A DNA stretch of 64,000 bases from an uncultured Verrucomicrobiae bacterium (GCA_963813025.1 CAWEXO010000014.1:64001-128000); one strand, 5' to 3'; positions 18,987 through 30,711 are shown, counted from the first letter of the stretch. The notes: generated by a model from the letters alone, not told the origin. Program-made: numbers and translations.

Positions 18987-19829
18987 TCAATGCGTTTCCT
19001 CGATGAAGCGATACGGATAATACGGTTCCCGGTATCCTCTTGCCTTCTGTCGTGGAGGGAGATTCACTTTTTCAGGCTTGATATGGTCGTAAGGAATAAT
19101 GCTCAAAAAATGGGCGATGCAGTTCAATCGAGCCCGCCGTTTGTCGTCTGCCTGGACAACATACCAGGGCGATTCGTCGGTGTCGGTGGCGGCGAACATC
19201 GCGTCGCGGGCGCGTGAATAGTCGTACCAGCGCCGGTGGGATTCCAGATCCATTGGACTCAGCTTCCAGGTTTTCCGCGGATCATGGATACGTTCCAAGA
19301 ACCGGCGGGTCTGCTCGTCCTTGCCTACTTCGAACCAGTATTTGATTAGCACGAGACCGGAATCGATGACGTCCTTTTCCCAAGCCGGACAGATTTTCAG
19401 GAACCGCTCATACTGCTCGTCCGTGCAAAATCCCATTACTCTCTCAACGCCGGTGCGGTTATACCAACTCCGATCAAAAATGACGATCTCTCCGGCTGCC
19501 GGAAAATGTTCGAAATACCGCTGAAAATAAATTTGGGTGCGCTCCCGCTCAGATGGGGCAGGGAGAGCAATCACGCGGAAGACCCGGGGACTCACCCGCT
19601 CGGTCAGGCGCTTGATGACGCCGCCCTTACCGGCAGCATCTCTGCCTTCAAAGACAACGATGATCCTTGCGCCGGTGCTCTTCACCCAAAATTGCAATTT
19701 AACTAACTCTTCATGGAGTTCGGCGAGTCGCTGCTCGTATTCCTTGCGCTTCAGTTTCGGCTTAACGGCCGAACTTTCTTCTTCGCCGTTTGGCCTATCG
19801 GCAAGCTGCGTCTTTTGCTTTTGGCCCAT
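18987..19829 (-). CDS. ppk2: Polyphosphate kinase 2
   Basis: FEGRDAAGKGG, FDRSWYNR, WKLSPMD. Confidence 0.97.
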   Translation of the reverse strand: MGQKQKTQLADRPNGEEESSAVKPKLKRKEYEQRLAELHEELVKLQFWVKSTGARIIVVFEGRDAAGKGGVIKRLTERVSPRVFRVIALPAPSERERTQIYFQRYFEHFPAAGEIVIFDRSWYNRTGVERVMGFCTDEQYERFLKICPAWEKDVIDSGLVLIKYWFEVGKDEQTRRFLERIHDPRKTWKLSPMDLESHRRWYDYSRARDAMFAATDTDESPWYVVQADDKRRARLNCIAHFLSIIPYDHIKPEKVNLPPRQKARGYREPYYPYRFIEETH

Positions 19830-19947
19830 AGTTCAACAGTTAATTCGCCAGTTTATCACGTTGCGAGACGTTTCGGGAATTTTGTCCGACTACGGGAGCA
19901 AAAGCGGACGCATGAAGCCGTAGGTTTTGCGTAGCGCGATCGGCTTC

Positions 19948-21855
19948 TTATCCAGTTGTTAGCGGCGCCGGCTTTCTTTCCGGCGTCAGATGTTTGGAGA
20001 GAAAGCTTTCCATGGCCTCGTAGAAATCGAATCGGTTTTCCTCGTTATGAAAGCCGTGCCCTTCGTTTGGCTTAACCAAATATTCGACATCAATTCCTCG
20101 CTTCTTGAGAGCCTCCACGATCTGGTTTGATTCGTTGATGTTCACGCGCGGATCCTTGGCGCCTTGGGCGACGAACAACGGCGCCTTAATCTTGTCCGCG
20201 TTGAGTGCCGGGGAATGTTCGGTAAACCACGCCTTGTCCTTTTCCGGGTTGCCGACCATATCGTACATCATGTCCAGATAGGGCTTCCAGTACGGGGGCA
20301 CGGTTTTGAGAAAGGTGAAAAGGTTAGATACACCGACATAATCCACGCCAGCGGCGTACAAGTCCGGGTTCTTGGTCAGACCCTCCAGCACAGCGTAACC
20401 GCCGTAACTGCCGCCATAGATCGCAACGCGATGAGGATCGGCAATGCCTTGGTCAATCAGCCAACGCACTCCGTCCGTGATATCGTCCTGCATCGTCCCG
20501 CCCCATTGTTTGAAGCTCGCCTCCCAGAACTTGCGTCCGTAGCCGGTGGAACCCCGGAAATTGACCTGGAGGACGGCGTAGCCGCGATTTGCGAGAAACT
20601 GCACCTCGGGATTAAAGCCCCAGGCGTCGCGCGCCCAGGGACCGCCATGGGGGTTGACGATCGTTGGGAGATTCCGGGGGACGCGCCCTTTTGGCAGAGT
20701 AAGGTAGCCGTGAATAGTCAGACCGTCGCGTGACTGAAATTCGATCGGCTTCATCGGCGCGAGTTGATCCTCCTGTAGCCAGGGATTCCGGTCAGCGATT
20801 TTTGTCAGCTGCCCGGTTGCTTGCTCGTAAAGATAGAAAGCCCCGAGCGACCGGTCGCTGAGTGTTCGGACGACGAATACGTCCTCGTTCTTGTTGGCGG
20901 AGACGACTAACACTTCGTAACCCGGCAATTTCTGCTGGAGCGTGTTGTAAAGATCTTCCGCCTGCTTATCAAAAAAGTGCCGGTCCGTTTTCCAAGTAGT
21001 GTAGACGGCCGAAGTCAAAACCTTCCGCTTACGCGAGTAAGCCAGGCCATCGATGTCGACATCCGGATTCTCATAGAGCACTTTGGATTCTTTTCCGGCC
21101 TCCAGATCAAATTCGACAGCGGCCGCCTTATCTCGGCCGAGATTCGACACGCCGAAGAGATTCTTGTTGTCAAACGTGAAGAATTGGGGGCTGAACGACT
21201 CTTTGTAGTTTGTCGTTAAAATTGTTTTCCACTTCTCCTGGTCATTTTTCCGGTAGAGCAGGCTCGTGTTGACCCCGTCAGTTGTTATCGCAACCCGGAT
21301 GTTGCCGTCATGATCGGTCACCCAGGTGGCGATGTTGCCTGGATTTTCCGCAACCAGGGTAAGCTCGCCGGTTTCAACATTCAGGCGATAGGCGTCAAAG
21401 ACTTCCTTGTTTCGCTTGTTCATGCCAATGATGAGATCGGTCGGGTGATCCTCGAGATCGTCAATTATTTCCACCCGGACTCCATCAAAAGGCGTCAGTT
21501 GGCGCACACTAGTGCCGTCCCGATCGACTGCGTAGAGATGAAAGTTTTCGTCGCCGCCATTGTCCTTCACGTAGACGAGGTACTTGTCGCCTTTCCAAGA
21601 GAAACCGGAGATGTCGCGATCAGTCACTGATGTCACTCGCTTGGCGTCGCCGCCTTGCCGCGGCTGGACCCAGATATTCAGCCGACTTTCGTAGGGCTTG
21701 AGAAAAGCAATGTAATCCCCGCTTGGCGACAACTCGTACGCTGTCGTTTCGGGATTGCGGAAAAAATCCTTCAGAGGGATTTTTGGGGGCACAGACTCCT
21801 GAGCAGATGCAACCATGGCGAGAGAGGCGTAGATGGACAGAAACCCGATCTTCAT
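19948..21855 (-). CDS. S9-family (dipeptidyl/acylaminoacyl) peptidase, exported
   Basis: Signal peptide; HGGPW, GGSYGG, DPRV, EGHGF. Confidence 0.95.
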   Translation of the reverse strand: MKIGFLSIYASLAMVASAQESVPPKIPLKDFFRNPETTAYELSPSGDYIAFLKPYESRLNIWVQPRQGGDAKRVTSVTDRDISGFSWKGDKYLVYVKDNGGDENFHLYAVDRDGTSVRQLTPFDGVRVEIIDDLEDHPTDLIIGMNKRNKEVFDAYRLNVETGELTLVAENPGNIATWVTDHDGNIRVAITTDGVNTSLLYRKNDQEKWKTILTTNYKESFSPQFFTFDNKNLFGVSNLGRDKAAAVEFDLEAGKESKVLYENPDVDIDGLAYSRKRKVLTSAVYTTWKTDRHFFDKQAEDLYNTLQQKLPGYEVLVVSANKNEDVFVVRTLSDRSLGAFYLYEQATGQLTKIADRNPWLQEDQLAPMKPIEFQSRDGLTIHGYLTLPKGRVPRNLPTIVNPHGGPWARDAWGFNPEVQFLANRGYAVLQVNFRGSTGYGRKFWEASFKQWGGTMQDDITDGVRWLIDQGIADPHRVAIYGGSYGGYAVLEGLTKNPDLYAAGVDYVGVSNLFTFLKTVPPYWKPYLDMMYDMVGNPEKDKAWFTEHSPALNADKIKAPLFVAQGAKDPRVNINESNQIVEALKKRGIDVEYLVKPNEGHGFHNEENRFDFYEAMESFLSKHLTPERKPAPLTTG

Positions 21856-21911
21856 AAACCGATTGCCGGGCAGGTAACCGAAAAACCGGCCTTCCGCAAG
21901 TTTAGCCGTCG

Positions 21912-22775
21912 ATGATCACGATACTTTACGATCCGGCAGCCGCGAGATATCATCAACCCGCGCACCCGGAGAGACCGGAGCGGTTGACCCGTAGTGTGCC
22001 ATACCTGCGCGAGCGGCACCCGGCTTGGATTTGGCAAGCCCCGCCGATCGCCGAACCGCGGGACATCCTGGACGCACATTCTCCGGAGCACCTGGCGCGC
22101 CTCGAGCACGGACCGGATTTCGATCTGGATACACCATTTTTTCCAGGAATCAGCAAACATGCCCGGCAATCGGCTGGATCCGCGATCGAGGCGGTGGCAG
22201 TCGTTCTGCGAGGTGGTCGATCGTTCTCGCTGATGCGGCCTCCGGGGCACCACGCGTCGCGGGATCGAGCGATGGGGTTCTGTTATTTGAACTCAGTGGC
22301 AATCGCTGCGTTGCATGCTCTGCGGCAGGGTTGCTCCCGGGTAGGAATCTGGGACTTCGATGCACATCACGGAAACGGTACCGAGGCGATCGTCCGAGAT
22401 CATGGGGGAATCCGATTCAGCTCGATTCACCAATTCCCGGGGTATCCCGGAACAGGCCTAACGTCGATCGGAAATGTTTTTAATTTTCCCATTGCGCCTG
22501 GAACTGATCCGGTCGTACATGCGCGTAAAGTCCGGCAAGCTTTAGAGACGTTGATCGATTTTAAACCAGAGCTGGTTCTGGTTTCGGCGGGGTTCGACGC
22601 TTATGCGGGCGATCCGTTGACTGAAATGACCCTCCAACCGCAGCATTTCCATCAGTTTGGCGTCTGGTTAAACGAGACCGCTGTTCCTTCGGCCGCAATC
22701 CTGGAAGGTGGTTACAGCGATGAGTTGCCAGTCTTAATCGACGCCTTCTTGCGGGGCTGGACCGGTTTGGCGTGA
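21912..22775 (+). CDS. Histone deacetylase-family amidohydrolase
   Basis: HPERPER, RPPGHHA, DFDAHHGNGT, SAGFDA, LEGGY. Confidence 0.95.
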   Translation: MITILYDPAAARYHQPAHPERPERLTRSVPYLRERHPAWIWQAPPIAEPRDILDAHSPEHLARLEHGPDFDLDTPFFPGISKHARQSAGSAIEAVAVVLRGGRSFSLMRPPGHHASRDRAMGFCYLNSVAIAALHALRQGCSRVGIWDFDAHHGNGTEAIVRDHGGIRFSSIHQFPGYPGTGLTSIGNVFNFPIAPGTDPVVHARKVRQALETLIDFKPELVLVSAGFDAYAGDPLTEMTLQPQHFHQFGVWLNETAVPSAAILEGGYSDELPVLIDAFLRGWTGLA

Positions 22776-23806
22776 TGAGCTGGTTTCATTTCAGCTGGCC
22801 GAGCTTCTGGTTCTCCTTTCTGGCTCTTGCGTTCGAGGGGTTGCCTTTTGTCCTGGTGGGGTCGCTAGTCTCTGGAGCGATTGCGGCCTTTGTTCCGTCG
22901 CGAATGATCACCCGTTGCCTGCCGCGGAATGCGGTGCTCGCGACGTTGATCAGCGGGCTACTCGGTATTGTTTTCCCGGTGTGCGAATGCGGGGTGGTTC
23001 CGGTGGTTCGGCGGTTATTGCGGAAAGGGCTGCCGGTGTCGTGCGGGGTGACCTACATGTTGGCATCGCCAATCGTCAATCCAATCGTCGCGCTGAGCAC
23101 CTTTGCTGCTTTTCGTGGCCAAGCGCCGTGGCAGAGCATGCTTGTGCGCCTGGGCCTTGGTTATTTTGTCGCTGTGCTGGCTGGCTTAGCCGTACTTCGA
23201 CTGGATCCCTTAACCATTCTCAAGGCGACCGCGATCGCGCAACCACGACGTCGGCGTTCCACCTTTGCAATTGCCTCCCTCCCCGACGGCTCGAATGACA
23301 GTTTAACTCTCCGAGTAAAGTTTGGAGGGGCGGTCGCCCTGGCCTGCGACGACTTTATCGATACCGCATTTTATTTTATCATCGGAGCAGCGGTCGCCGC
23401 GACCTTCAACACTGCCGTGGATCAGAGTTTGATCCTGCCTTTGGCGGCAAACCCTATCTTGGCGACAGCATCAATGATGGCGTTCGCCGCAGTGCTCACC
23501 CTGTGCAGCACTTCCGATGCTTTCATTGCCGCGACCTTCGTCTCGTTCCCGATGTCTGCGCGCATGGCATTTTTGGTTTTTGGCCCCATGTTTGATTTCA
23601 AGCTGCTTTTTCTGTACAGCGCACTCTTTCGGAAAAGGTTCGTGGCAGCGCTGGGACTAGCTCTCTTTTGTGTGATTGGACTCGTCTGCAGCCAGGTGTT
23701 AGTGCGTTTGCCCAATGGTCTGGCACCGGCTCCGGCCCCGCTGACGCAGGCGGCGAAGACCGGAGCGCGGGATCGAACATCAACTTTCGGTATTCAAGAA
23801 CTTTAG
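22772..23806 (+). CDS. DUF318/YcgR-type permease
   Basis: FPVCECG, LCSTSDAF, GPMFD; multiple TM helices. Confidence 0.9.
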   Translation: MMSWFHFSWPSFWFSFLALAFEGLPFVLVGSLVSGAIAAFVPSRMITRCLPRNAVLATLISGLLGIVFPVCECGVVPVVRRLLRKGLPVSCGVTYMLASPIVNPIVALSTFAAFRGQAPWQSMLVRLGLGYFVAVLAGLAVLRLDPLTILKATAIAQPRRRRSTFAIASLPDGSNDSLTLRVKFGGAVALACDDFIDTAFYFIIGAAVAATFNTAVDQSLILPLAANPILATASMMAFAAVLTLCSTSDAFIAATFVSFPMSARMAFLVFGPMFDFKLLFLYSALFRKRFVAALGLALFCVIGLVCSQVLVRLPNGLAPAPAPLTQAAKTGARDRTSTFGIQEL

Positions 23807-23832
23807 TTTACTATAACGTCACGACATCTGCG

Positions 23833-24792
23833 ATGAGGACACGAATCACCCGCCTGTTAAATGCGCTTACATTGCTCGGCATCGGCGGTGTACTCATTTT
23901 CTTTTTTGCGAGTGGCCGCCTCGACCACTACTTGCATCCGCTTTTCCGGCCAGGGGTACTTGCTGCCGGTATCCTGTTCCTGGGAGGCGGTCTGGTCTAC
24001 GGTTTGAGCAACACCTCGGTTGAATGTTGTGTTGATGAAGAATGTTTACACCAGAGCACCCGGAGACCGTTTCAAGGCCTGCTGGCTTTCGGTGTTCTTG
24101 TTGTTCCTCTGATTGCCGGGACGGTTTTCTCGAAAGATGCCTATGACGCGACCGCCGTCCTGAACCGTGGCTTTGTCCAGGACGTGACCAAGCTGCCAGG
24201 GCGTAAACCGGAGCTGGCGCCGAACCCGCCGCCCGTCATTCCTTCGCAAGCTCTGGGAGGGGATATCGATGGCGTCGCTTCAGCGCCTGCTGCCTCCGGA
24301 AAGACCGCCGATAATCAGAGTGCCGCTCAATCGACGGCGCCTGCTTCGCAATACGAGCCTGCTCTTCCGCAAGAAAATCAAGCTGGTGGAAGTGACCCAG
24401 CCTCGCCGGATTCGCCCGATTACCTGCCAACCGGACCCGATGGCAACGTGTCCCTTCAGGTCACCGATTTGCTGTACGGTGAAGCCGAAGCGAGCATTCG
24501 GAAAGCGTTCACCGGTAAAAGGATTGAAGTGCTCGGCCAGTACCTGGCCGGCAAGTCAGCCGGGGAATTCAAGCTCGTCCGGATGTTTATCGTTTGCTGC
24601 GCGGCCGATGCCCGGCCGGTAGCGCTTCCCGTCGTTGCTTCAAAGGACTACCGGGGAACCGATATGAGCTGGATCAAGGTGATTGGAACTCCGGTGTATA
24701 AAGTCAATGAGGCAAACGGCAGTGCCACAGTCACGTTTCGGGCGGAAAAGATAGAGCCGGCGGATCCGCCCGAGGACGCCATGTTGTACTAG
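23833..24792 (+). CDS. TIGR03943/YcgQ-type permease partner
   Basis: G-L--YLHP, RMFIVCCAADARP; adjacent to DUF318 gene; ATG 23833. Confidence 0.85.
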   Translation: MRTRITRLLNALTLLGIGGVLIFFFASGRLDHYLHPLFRPGVLAAGILFLGGGLVYGLSNTSVECCVDEECLHQSTRRPFQGLLAFGVLVVPLIAGTVFSKDAYDATAVLNRGFVQDVTKLPGRKPELAPNPPPVIPSQALGGDIDGVASAPAASGKTADNQSAAQSTAPASQYEPALPQENQAGGSDPASPDSPDYLPTGPDGNVSLQVTDLLYGEAEASIRKAFTGKRIEVLGQYLAGKSAGEFKLVRMFIVCCAADARPVALPVVASKDYRGTDMSWIKVIGTPVYKVNEANGSATVTFRAEKIEPADPPEDAMLY

Positions 24793-24899
24793 AGCGTACG
24801 TTGGTATCGACACGAACGTGGAGGCGCAGGATGAAGAGAGTGTCTCGCAGCATCCTTCAATTCGAGATCTGGCTGGAAGATTCTGCCAGTTCACGGCGT

Positions 24900-25067
24900 G
24901 TCGTGAAGTGCGCGCGACTTGTCGCCGCTTTGAAACCGCGCGGAGCGCGGCCCCAACCCAAAAATCCCTTCCGCCAAGGAACTCGGCGCTTCGTGTTTAC
25001 TCCAGGACCGAGGCCGCGCTCCGCGCGAATCCGAAAGCGGCGACAAGTCGCGCGCACTCCACGACGC
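24900..25067. repeat. GAGTGCG...CGCACTC-type palindromic repeat
   Basis: 25-bp perfect arms 24907-24931/25034-25058; related copy at 61122-61298. Confidence 0.9.
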
Positions 25068-25158
25068 TTTCTACTCGAAACTGGCCCTGCGATAGAGACA
25101 ATGCCAGGCACTCGAGAAATCCTGATCAACTGACCCCGATCAAAGCGGAGAACCGACC

Positions 25159-26181
25159 ATGGATTCAATGAACTGCCTTCTCTATTCCGACTATGAGACC
25201 CTGACGTTCACCCAACAACCATTGCCAGCAATAGAGCCGGGCGAGGTGTTGCTCGGGGTCGCGGCAGTAGGTATCTGCGGGAGTGAGCTGGACTCATTTC
25301 GCCAAAAGAGTCCCCGACGAAAACCGCCGTTAATCTTGGGACACGAGTTTTGCGGACGCATTGAAGAGCTAGGCTCGGCCGTGACCGGATTTGACCGAGG
25401 ACAGAAGGTTGTTTCTAACGCGCTGGTGCCGGATGAGCAATCGCCCGAAAGCAGGCGAGGCAACCCGCACCTCAGTTCGGGACGTCAAGTGTTCGGCATG
25501 AATCGGCCCGGCGCATTCGCCGAATACGTCGCAGTACCGGCATCCTGTTTGCTGCCGTGGCCGGAGGATCTGCCAGCGGAAGCTGCCTGTCTTGCTGAAC
25601 CGTTGGCCAACGGAGTGCACGTCTACAATCTCGTTCGGCACTTTTCTCCCGCCACGGTGCTGGTCATCGGGGCGGGCCCGATCGGTCTTTTCTGTCTGCA
25701 GGTTTTTCGGCTGCACGGAGCCCACGTCCTGGTAAGCGACCCGCGCAGAGCACGAACTGAAATAGCCAAAAGCCTGGGCGCGATGGTCGCGATTGTGCCT
25801 CCAGATGAACAGCCGATCGAGGTTTGCCGGAGGCATACAGGAGGAGAGGGAGTCGATCTGGCCATTGAAGCCTTTGGCAGTGGAGAAACAAAGCGATTGT
25901 CGCTGGAGGCGCTTCGGCCCGGCGGTGTTGCCATTTGGATTGGATTGCATGAAGATCTCATGGATTTGCACTCCCACCGGGTCACGCTACCGGAGAAGGC
26001 CATTTTCGGAACATACGGAGCGCGCACGGCCGAACTTGGTGAAGCTCTGACGCTTCTACACGATAAGCGGGTCGATGTTTCCTCCTGGATCGACGCATTT
26101 CCCTTGCAGAAGGGCGTGGATGCTTTTTACCGGATGCTCCGCGGCGCTGATCGCGACGTTAAGGCTGTACTCGTACCTTGA
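25159..26181 (+). CDS. Zn-dependent alcohol/polyol dehydrogenase (MDR family)
   Basis: GICGSE, GHEFCG, GAGPIG. Confidence 0.92.
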   Translation: MDSMNCLLYSDYETLTFTQQPLPAIEPGEVLLGVAAVGICGSELDSFRQKSPRRKPPLILGHEFCGRIEELGSAVTGFDRGQKVVSNALVPDEQSPESRRGNPHLSSGRQVFGMNRPGAFAEYVAVPASCLLPWPEDLPAEAACLAEPLANGVHVYNLVRHFSPATVLVIGAGPIGLFCLQVFRLHGAHVLVSDPRRARTEIAKSLGAMVAIVPPDEQPIEVCRRHTGGEGVDLAIEAFGSGETKRLSLEALRPGGVAIWIGLHEDLMDLHSHRVTLPEKAIFGTYGARTAELGEALTLLHDKRVDVSSWIDAFPLQKGVDAFYRMLRGADRDVKAVLVP

Positions 26182-26238
26182 GACGGGCGCCACGCATGCT
26201 CCCTGAGGTCGCTCAGATCCTGTAGACCCCCATAGGTC

Positions 26239-27471
26239 CTAGGGCTCTCTGAGAATCTCTCGTGCCGCGGTCAGACCGCTTTGCATTGCGCCCTGGATAC
26301 TGGCGTGTGTCACCTGGTCTCCGCTTAGCCAAACGTTGGGGAACGGTTTTGCCACCTGGAGATCAAAAAGGCGTCCCGGGGGCTGCAGAGGTAAAGCGTA
26401 AGAGATCTCAATCAGTTTGATGAGCTGCAGGCTGTCGGCTGCTTCCGGAAAAACCTCGACGATTTCGGACCGCGCCTGAGCCAGGTCCCTGGCGGAAAGC
26501 GCTGGCTGGAGGACAGTTGCGCTGATTAACTGGCGGCCTTCCGGCGCGTATTCCGGAGCGACATTCGTCAGCTGGACAAAATGACGAACCGTCCGGGTCC
26601 GGCCAGCTGGCAAAACGATCAGTTTTTCTGAATAAAGCGGATGCTCAGTCGAGAAGTAGAGAACAGACACACCCTGACCGGGTTCAATCGGTTTTTGCAG
26701 AAGGCGCTGCGCGCAAGGTTGACTGCATGCCAGAACGAGGTGATCGCACCCGACTCGTTGGCCGTCCTTGAGCCGGACGCCGGTTGCACGTCCACGCGCA
26801 AAATCCAGGCCGGTCGCTTCGGAATTAAGTCTGATTGCTCCGCTCCTCAGACGGCCGGAGAGCTGGTCAGGAATGGCTTGCATCCCGCGGCGGGGTACTA
26901 ATGCGCCACCGGTGACAAACTTCCGAAAGTAATACCGGAAAAGAATCGAAGAAGTCTCGAGATCGTTATCCAGAAGAATTCCTCCGAAGAACGGTCGGAA
27001 AAAACGCTCAAACGCTTCATCCGTGAAGCCCCGCAAATAATCTTTGGTCGGGACATCTCCCCGTCCGCTGAGTATTTCGTCATCGGAACGAACCATGAGG
27101 CCGCCGCTCACGAGCGCCAGCCGAACCTTATCGCTCCAACTGATCGCATCATCCTTGGCCGGTCCAAGAATGCCGTCTCCTTGAAGAACGGGTTTTCGCA
27201 GTCGCAGGAACTTGCCTCGATCCCAGATGAGCGCGCCGGACTCGAAGTAGCGCGGCTCCAGTTGTGGAAGATCAAGGATCTCGCGCGCAGCCGGATAACT
27301 GTCGAGCAATATCTGGAAACCGAGGTCAAAGGTAAATCCATCCTGGGTAATCGAACCGACTCGACCGCCGAGGCGGAATGATTTTTCCACTAGCAGGAAT
27401 TCCCTGTCATTTTCCTGAAGCTTCCAAGCGCAGACCAGTCCGGCTAGACCGCCTCCGACAATGATGACCAT
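26239..27471 (-). CDS. FAD-dependent oxidoreductase (amine oxidase/HemY-like)
   Basis: GGGLAG, GGRV, DLGFQ, SIQGAMQSG. Confidence 0.9.
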   Translation of the reverse strand: MVIIVGGGLAGLVCAWKLQENDREFLLVEKSFRLGGRVGSITQDGFTFDLGFQILLDSYPAAREILDLPQLEPRYFESGALIWDRGKFLRLRKPVLQGDGILGPAKDDAISWSDKVRLALVSGGLMVRSDDEILSGRGDVPTKDYLRGFTDEAFERFFRPFFGGILLDNDLETSSILFRYYFRKFVTGGALVPRRGMQAIPDQLSGRLRSGAIRLNSEATGLDFARGRATGVRLKDGQRVGCDHLVLACSQPCAQRLLQKPIEPGQGVSVLYFSTEHPLYSEKLIVLPAGRTRTVRHFVQLTNVAPEYAPEGRQLISATVLQPALSARDLAQARSEIVEVFPEAADSLQLIKLIEISYALPLQPPGRLFDLQVAKPFPNVWLSGDQVTHASIQGAMQSGLTAAREILREP

Positions 27472-27591
27472 GAAGGAACGTAGCGATGTGGAGTGCCAGT
27501 GCCAGTGCGAGTGCCAGCGGACGGAGGCCTGCCGTCCCTTCTGGACAAACAGTCAAAGCAACTGCGACTGCTCGTGATAGTTTTGAAACTC

Positions 27592-28338
27592 ATGAACCGA
27601 TTTCTGGATCAAGTCGCCGTTGTCACGGGAGCTGGTCGTGGCATTGGGCAGGCGATCGCGCTGCGCCTTGCTCAGGAGGGCGCCCGGATCGCGGTGGTCA
27701 GCCGTTCCGAAGCGAATGCCCGGCAAACTGTCGAGCAGATCAACCTCGCCCGCTCGGAAAGCGCTCGACCTTATGCAGTCGATGTTTCCGACGGAGACGC
27801 AGTCTCAGCGATCTGCTCGACGATCATCAAGGATTTTGGCGGGGTGACAGTCCTGGTGAACAACGCCGGTATTACGCGCGACAGGATCAGCCTGCGCATG
27901 TCGGAAGTCGACTGGGACTCGGTCATCGATACAAACCTGAAAGGAGCGTTTCACTTTATCCAAAATTTGCAGCGTCCAATGATGCGGCGGTCCTACGGGC
28001 GGATCATTAATATCAGCTCAGTCAGCGGGTTGATCGGACAAGCCGGTCAAGTCAATTATTCGGCCAGCAAGGCAGGCTTGATCGGGTTGACCAAGGCACT
28101 TGCCCGGGAGATCGCTGGGCGAAACGTCACTGTGAATGCCGTAGCGCCGGGCTTTGTAACGACCGATATGACCGCCCGGCTTCCGGACGATGTGCGCAGT
28201 CAGGTATTGACCCACATCCCCTTAGGCCGTTTTGGCGGCGCCGAAGAGATCGCTGCGGCGGTCGCGTTCCTGGCGAGTTCGGAAGCGAGTTACATCACTG
28301 GGCAAGTGCTGACAGTGGATGGCGGCATGGCGATGTAG
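27592..28338 (+). CDS. fabG: 3-oxoacyl-ACP reductase
   Basis: TGAGRGIG, NNAGITRD, YSASK, VDGG. Confidence 0.92.
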   Translation: MNRFLDQVAVVTGAGRGIGQAIALRLAQEGARIAVVSRSEANARQTVEQINLARSESARPYAVDVSDGDAVSAICSTIIKDFGGVTVLVNNAGITRDRISLRMSEVDWDSVIDTNLKGAFHFIQNLQRPMMRRSYGRIINISSVSGLIGQAGQVNYSASKAGLIGLTKALAREIAGRNVTVNAVAPGFVTTDMTARLPDDVRSQVLTHIPLGRFGGAEEIAAAVAFLASSEASYITGQVLTVDGGMAM

Positions 28339-28427
28339 CTCGTTTGATGCTAGCGTTGGATTACCGAGTGGCTGGACCGTCGTGGTCCTGTGGAGCCCTG
28401 CAATGACACCAGACCGGAGTTTCGAGC

Positions 28428-30446
28428 GTGCCTAGTTTGTTTACACCGACGCCGACGGCCCCACCCTCACGCGACAAAACGCCGTCAGGTCGTTCACCGA
28501 ATCGGCCGCAACCGCCGCGAATCGATTGGCGCCAGCTGCTCTGGCTGGCTGTTCTTTTCGTCCTAATGACATGGATGTGGCAGGAAGGGCTTTCCCACAT
28601 GCTCGTGAAGACAATACCCTACAGCGAATTTAAACAGGAGCTGCACCAGGGTAAGGTGGTCGAATGCGTGGTGGGCGACCAGGAGATCGCCGGACGCATC
28701 GATCCGACCACAGGGAACAGTCCAGCGCCGACCGGCACGCCGTCACCAAATCCGAAAGTGTCACCCGCCGGTTCTCCTGCTCCACAAAACGCGTCAGCCG
28801 AGAAGCCTTACGTGTTTCGAACGGTCAGAGTTGACGATCCGAATCTGACTGCTGAGATGCAGGCAGCGCACACTACGTTCTCTGGTGAGCGTCCAGGATT
28901 GTTAACTGCTTTGTTGGGCGCTTGGGGCATTCCGCTCGCGTTGATGCTGCTTTTCTGGTTCGGCTTCAGCCGTTTAGCAGGCGCCGCCGGCCAGTCTGTT
29001 CTGGGTGTAGGTCGCAGTCGGGCAAAGCTATTGGTGGATAAGGACACTGGAGTCAGCTTCGGCGACGTCGCGGGAGAGGACGAGGCGAAACTGGAACTCA
29101 GGGAGGTGGTAGACTTTTTGCGCAACCCGCAGCGCTATCAGCAGCTTGGGGCGAAGATTCCGAAAGGTGTTTTGCTTGTGGGACCGCCCGGCACAGGAAA
29201 AACATTGCTTGCCCGGGCGGCCGCGGGCGAAGCCAAAGTGCCATTCTTCCTTCTGAGTGGCAGCGAGTTTGTCGAGATGTTCGTTGGGGTTGGAGCGGCG
29301 CGAGTACGCGATCTTTTTCGGCAGGCGAAAGAACAGGCCCCTTGCATCGTCTTCATCGATGAGCTTGATGCGATTGGGCGGCAACGAGGTGTGCATGTCC
29401 TGGCCGGAGGGAATGACGAGCGAGAACAAACCTTGAATCAATTGCTGGTGGAGATGGACGGTTTCGATCCAAATCAAGGTGTGATTTTGCTGGGAGCAAC
29501 CAACCGCCCTGAGGTGCTTGACCGGGCGCTCCTTCGTCCTGGTCGATTTGATCGTGTGATCCTGGTGGATGCCCCCGATCTGGACGGAAGAGAGGCGATC
29601 TTGCGGATACATGCGCGGGGGAAGCCTTTGGAACCTTCCGCTGACCTTCGGGAGACCGCCCGTTTGACCGCAGGGTTTTCCGGAGCAGATCTCGCGAATC
29701 TCATGAATGAGGCTGCCCTACTGGCAGCTCGGGAAGGCTCCACGCGTATCCAGGGGAAACATCTGGAGGATGCCTTTGAAAAGGTTGTGGCTGGACCGGA
29801 ACGGAAAAGCAGGCGCTTGGGAGAGAGCGAAAAAAGGCGCGTAGCTTACCATGAGGTTGGACATGCGCTCGTGGCGGCATTCACGAGTCATGGTGATCGG
29901 GTAGGCAAAATCAGCATTGTTCCGCGCGGCAAAGCCGCGCTCGGGTTTACGATGCAACTTCCGACCGAGCAGCAGTTTTTGATGACGCGAGAGGAGATCC
30001 TGGAAAGAGTTACCGGTTTACTAGGGGGCCGCGCGGCAGAGGAGTTGGTGTTCGGCGAGGGGACCACCGGCGCGGAAAGCGATCTGGAGCGAGCAACGGC
30101 CATGGTGCGGCAAATGATTTGTGTATTTGGGATGAGCAGAGTTGTGGGACTCGCCCATTTAGCTCAAAGACAGGATCCGGCGCTGCTCTCCGGGCCGGAC
30201 GGCAGTTTCAAGTACGATTGCAGCGAGGAAACCGCGCGCCTGATTGATCAGGAGGTCAAGGATCTGCTCGAGGAGTGCCACTCGAATGCTAAGAATCTGC
30301 TCTCTTCTCGACGCAACCTCCTGGAGTTGGTTGCGCAGGAGCTACTCGAAAAAGAATCTCTGGATGGCGATTCGTTTTACAAGCTTATCGGTGTAGAGCA
30401 GCCAAGTTCCGCCCGAGCAGAACTTCCGCCCCCGGATCCAGTTTAG
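28428..30446 (+). CDS. ftsH: ATP-dependent zinc metalloprotease FtsH
   Basis: Two TM helices; [19 protein letters not shown]. Confidence 0.96.
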   Translation: MPSLFTPTPTAPPSRDKTPSGRSPNRPQPPRIDWRQLLWLAVLFVLMTWMWQEGLSHMLVKTIPYSEFKQELHQGKVVECVVGDQEIAGRIDPTTGNSPAPTGTPSPNPKVSPAGSPAPQNASAEKPYVFRTVRVDDPNLTAEMQAAHTTFSGERPGLLTALLGAWGIPLALMLLFWFGFSRLAGAAGQSVLGVGRSRAKLLVDKDTGVSFGDVAGEDEAKLELREVVDFLRNPQRYQQLGAKIPKGVLLVGPPGTGKTLLARAAAGEAKVPFFLLSGSEFVEMFVGVGAARVRDLFRQAKEQAPCIVFIDELDAIGRQRGVHVLAGGNDEREQTLNQLLVEMDGFDPNQGVILLGATNRPEVLDRALLRPGRFDRVILVDAPDLDGREAILRIHARGKPLEPSADLRETARLTAGFSGADLANLMNEAALLAAREGSTRIQGKHLEDAFEKVVAGPERKSRRLGESEKRRVAYHEVGHALVAAFTSHGDRVGKISIVPRGKAALGFTMQLPTEQQFLMTREEILERVTGLLGGRAAEELVFGEGTTGAESDLERATAMVRQMICVFGMSRVVGLAHLAQRQDPALLSGPDGSFKYDCSEETARLIDQEVKDLLEECHSNAKNLLSSRRNLLELVAQELLEKESLDGDSFYKLIGVEQPSSARAELPPPDPV

Positions 30447-30632
30447 GGAGCTGCGTCTCCACGACACGCAACGAATTGGCACTGGCTTCCTGGGTCTTTC
30501 GGACTTTGGAAATCTGTGGTGCGCGCAGTCGAGCTATGGTTCAGAAGGGAGCTTAGAGACTTGTCCCAACGGGTCTATGGTCCAGCGCCGGTAGGCGCGA
30601 ATTAAAAAGGCTGTCTCACGACACCCAAGGTC

Positions 30633-30711
30633 GGTAGGGTCAAGCTCCTGCTTGACCTCCTTAATGTTGGATCACGTCTAAATCGGGACGAGCAGGAGCT
30701 CATTCCTACCG
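30633..30711. repeat. GTAG-type REP doublet between convergent genes
   Basis: cggtagggtcaagctcctgcttgacc ... gggacgagcaggagctcattcctaccg. Confidence 0.7.
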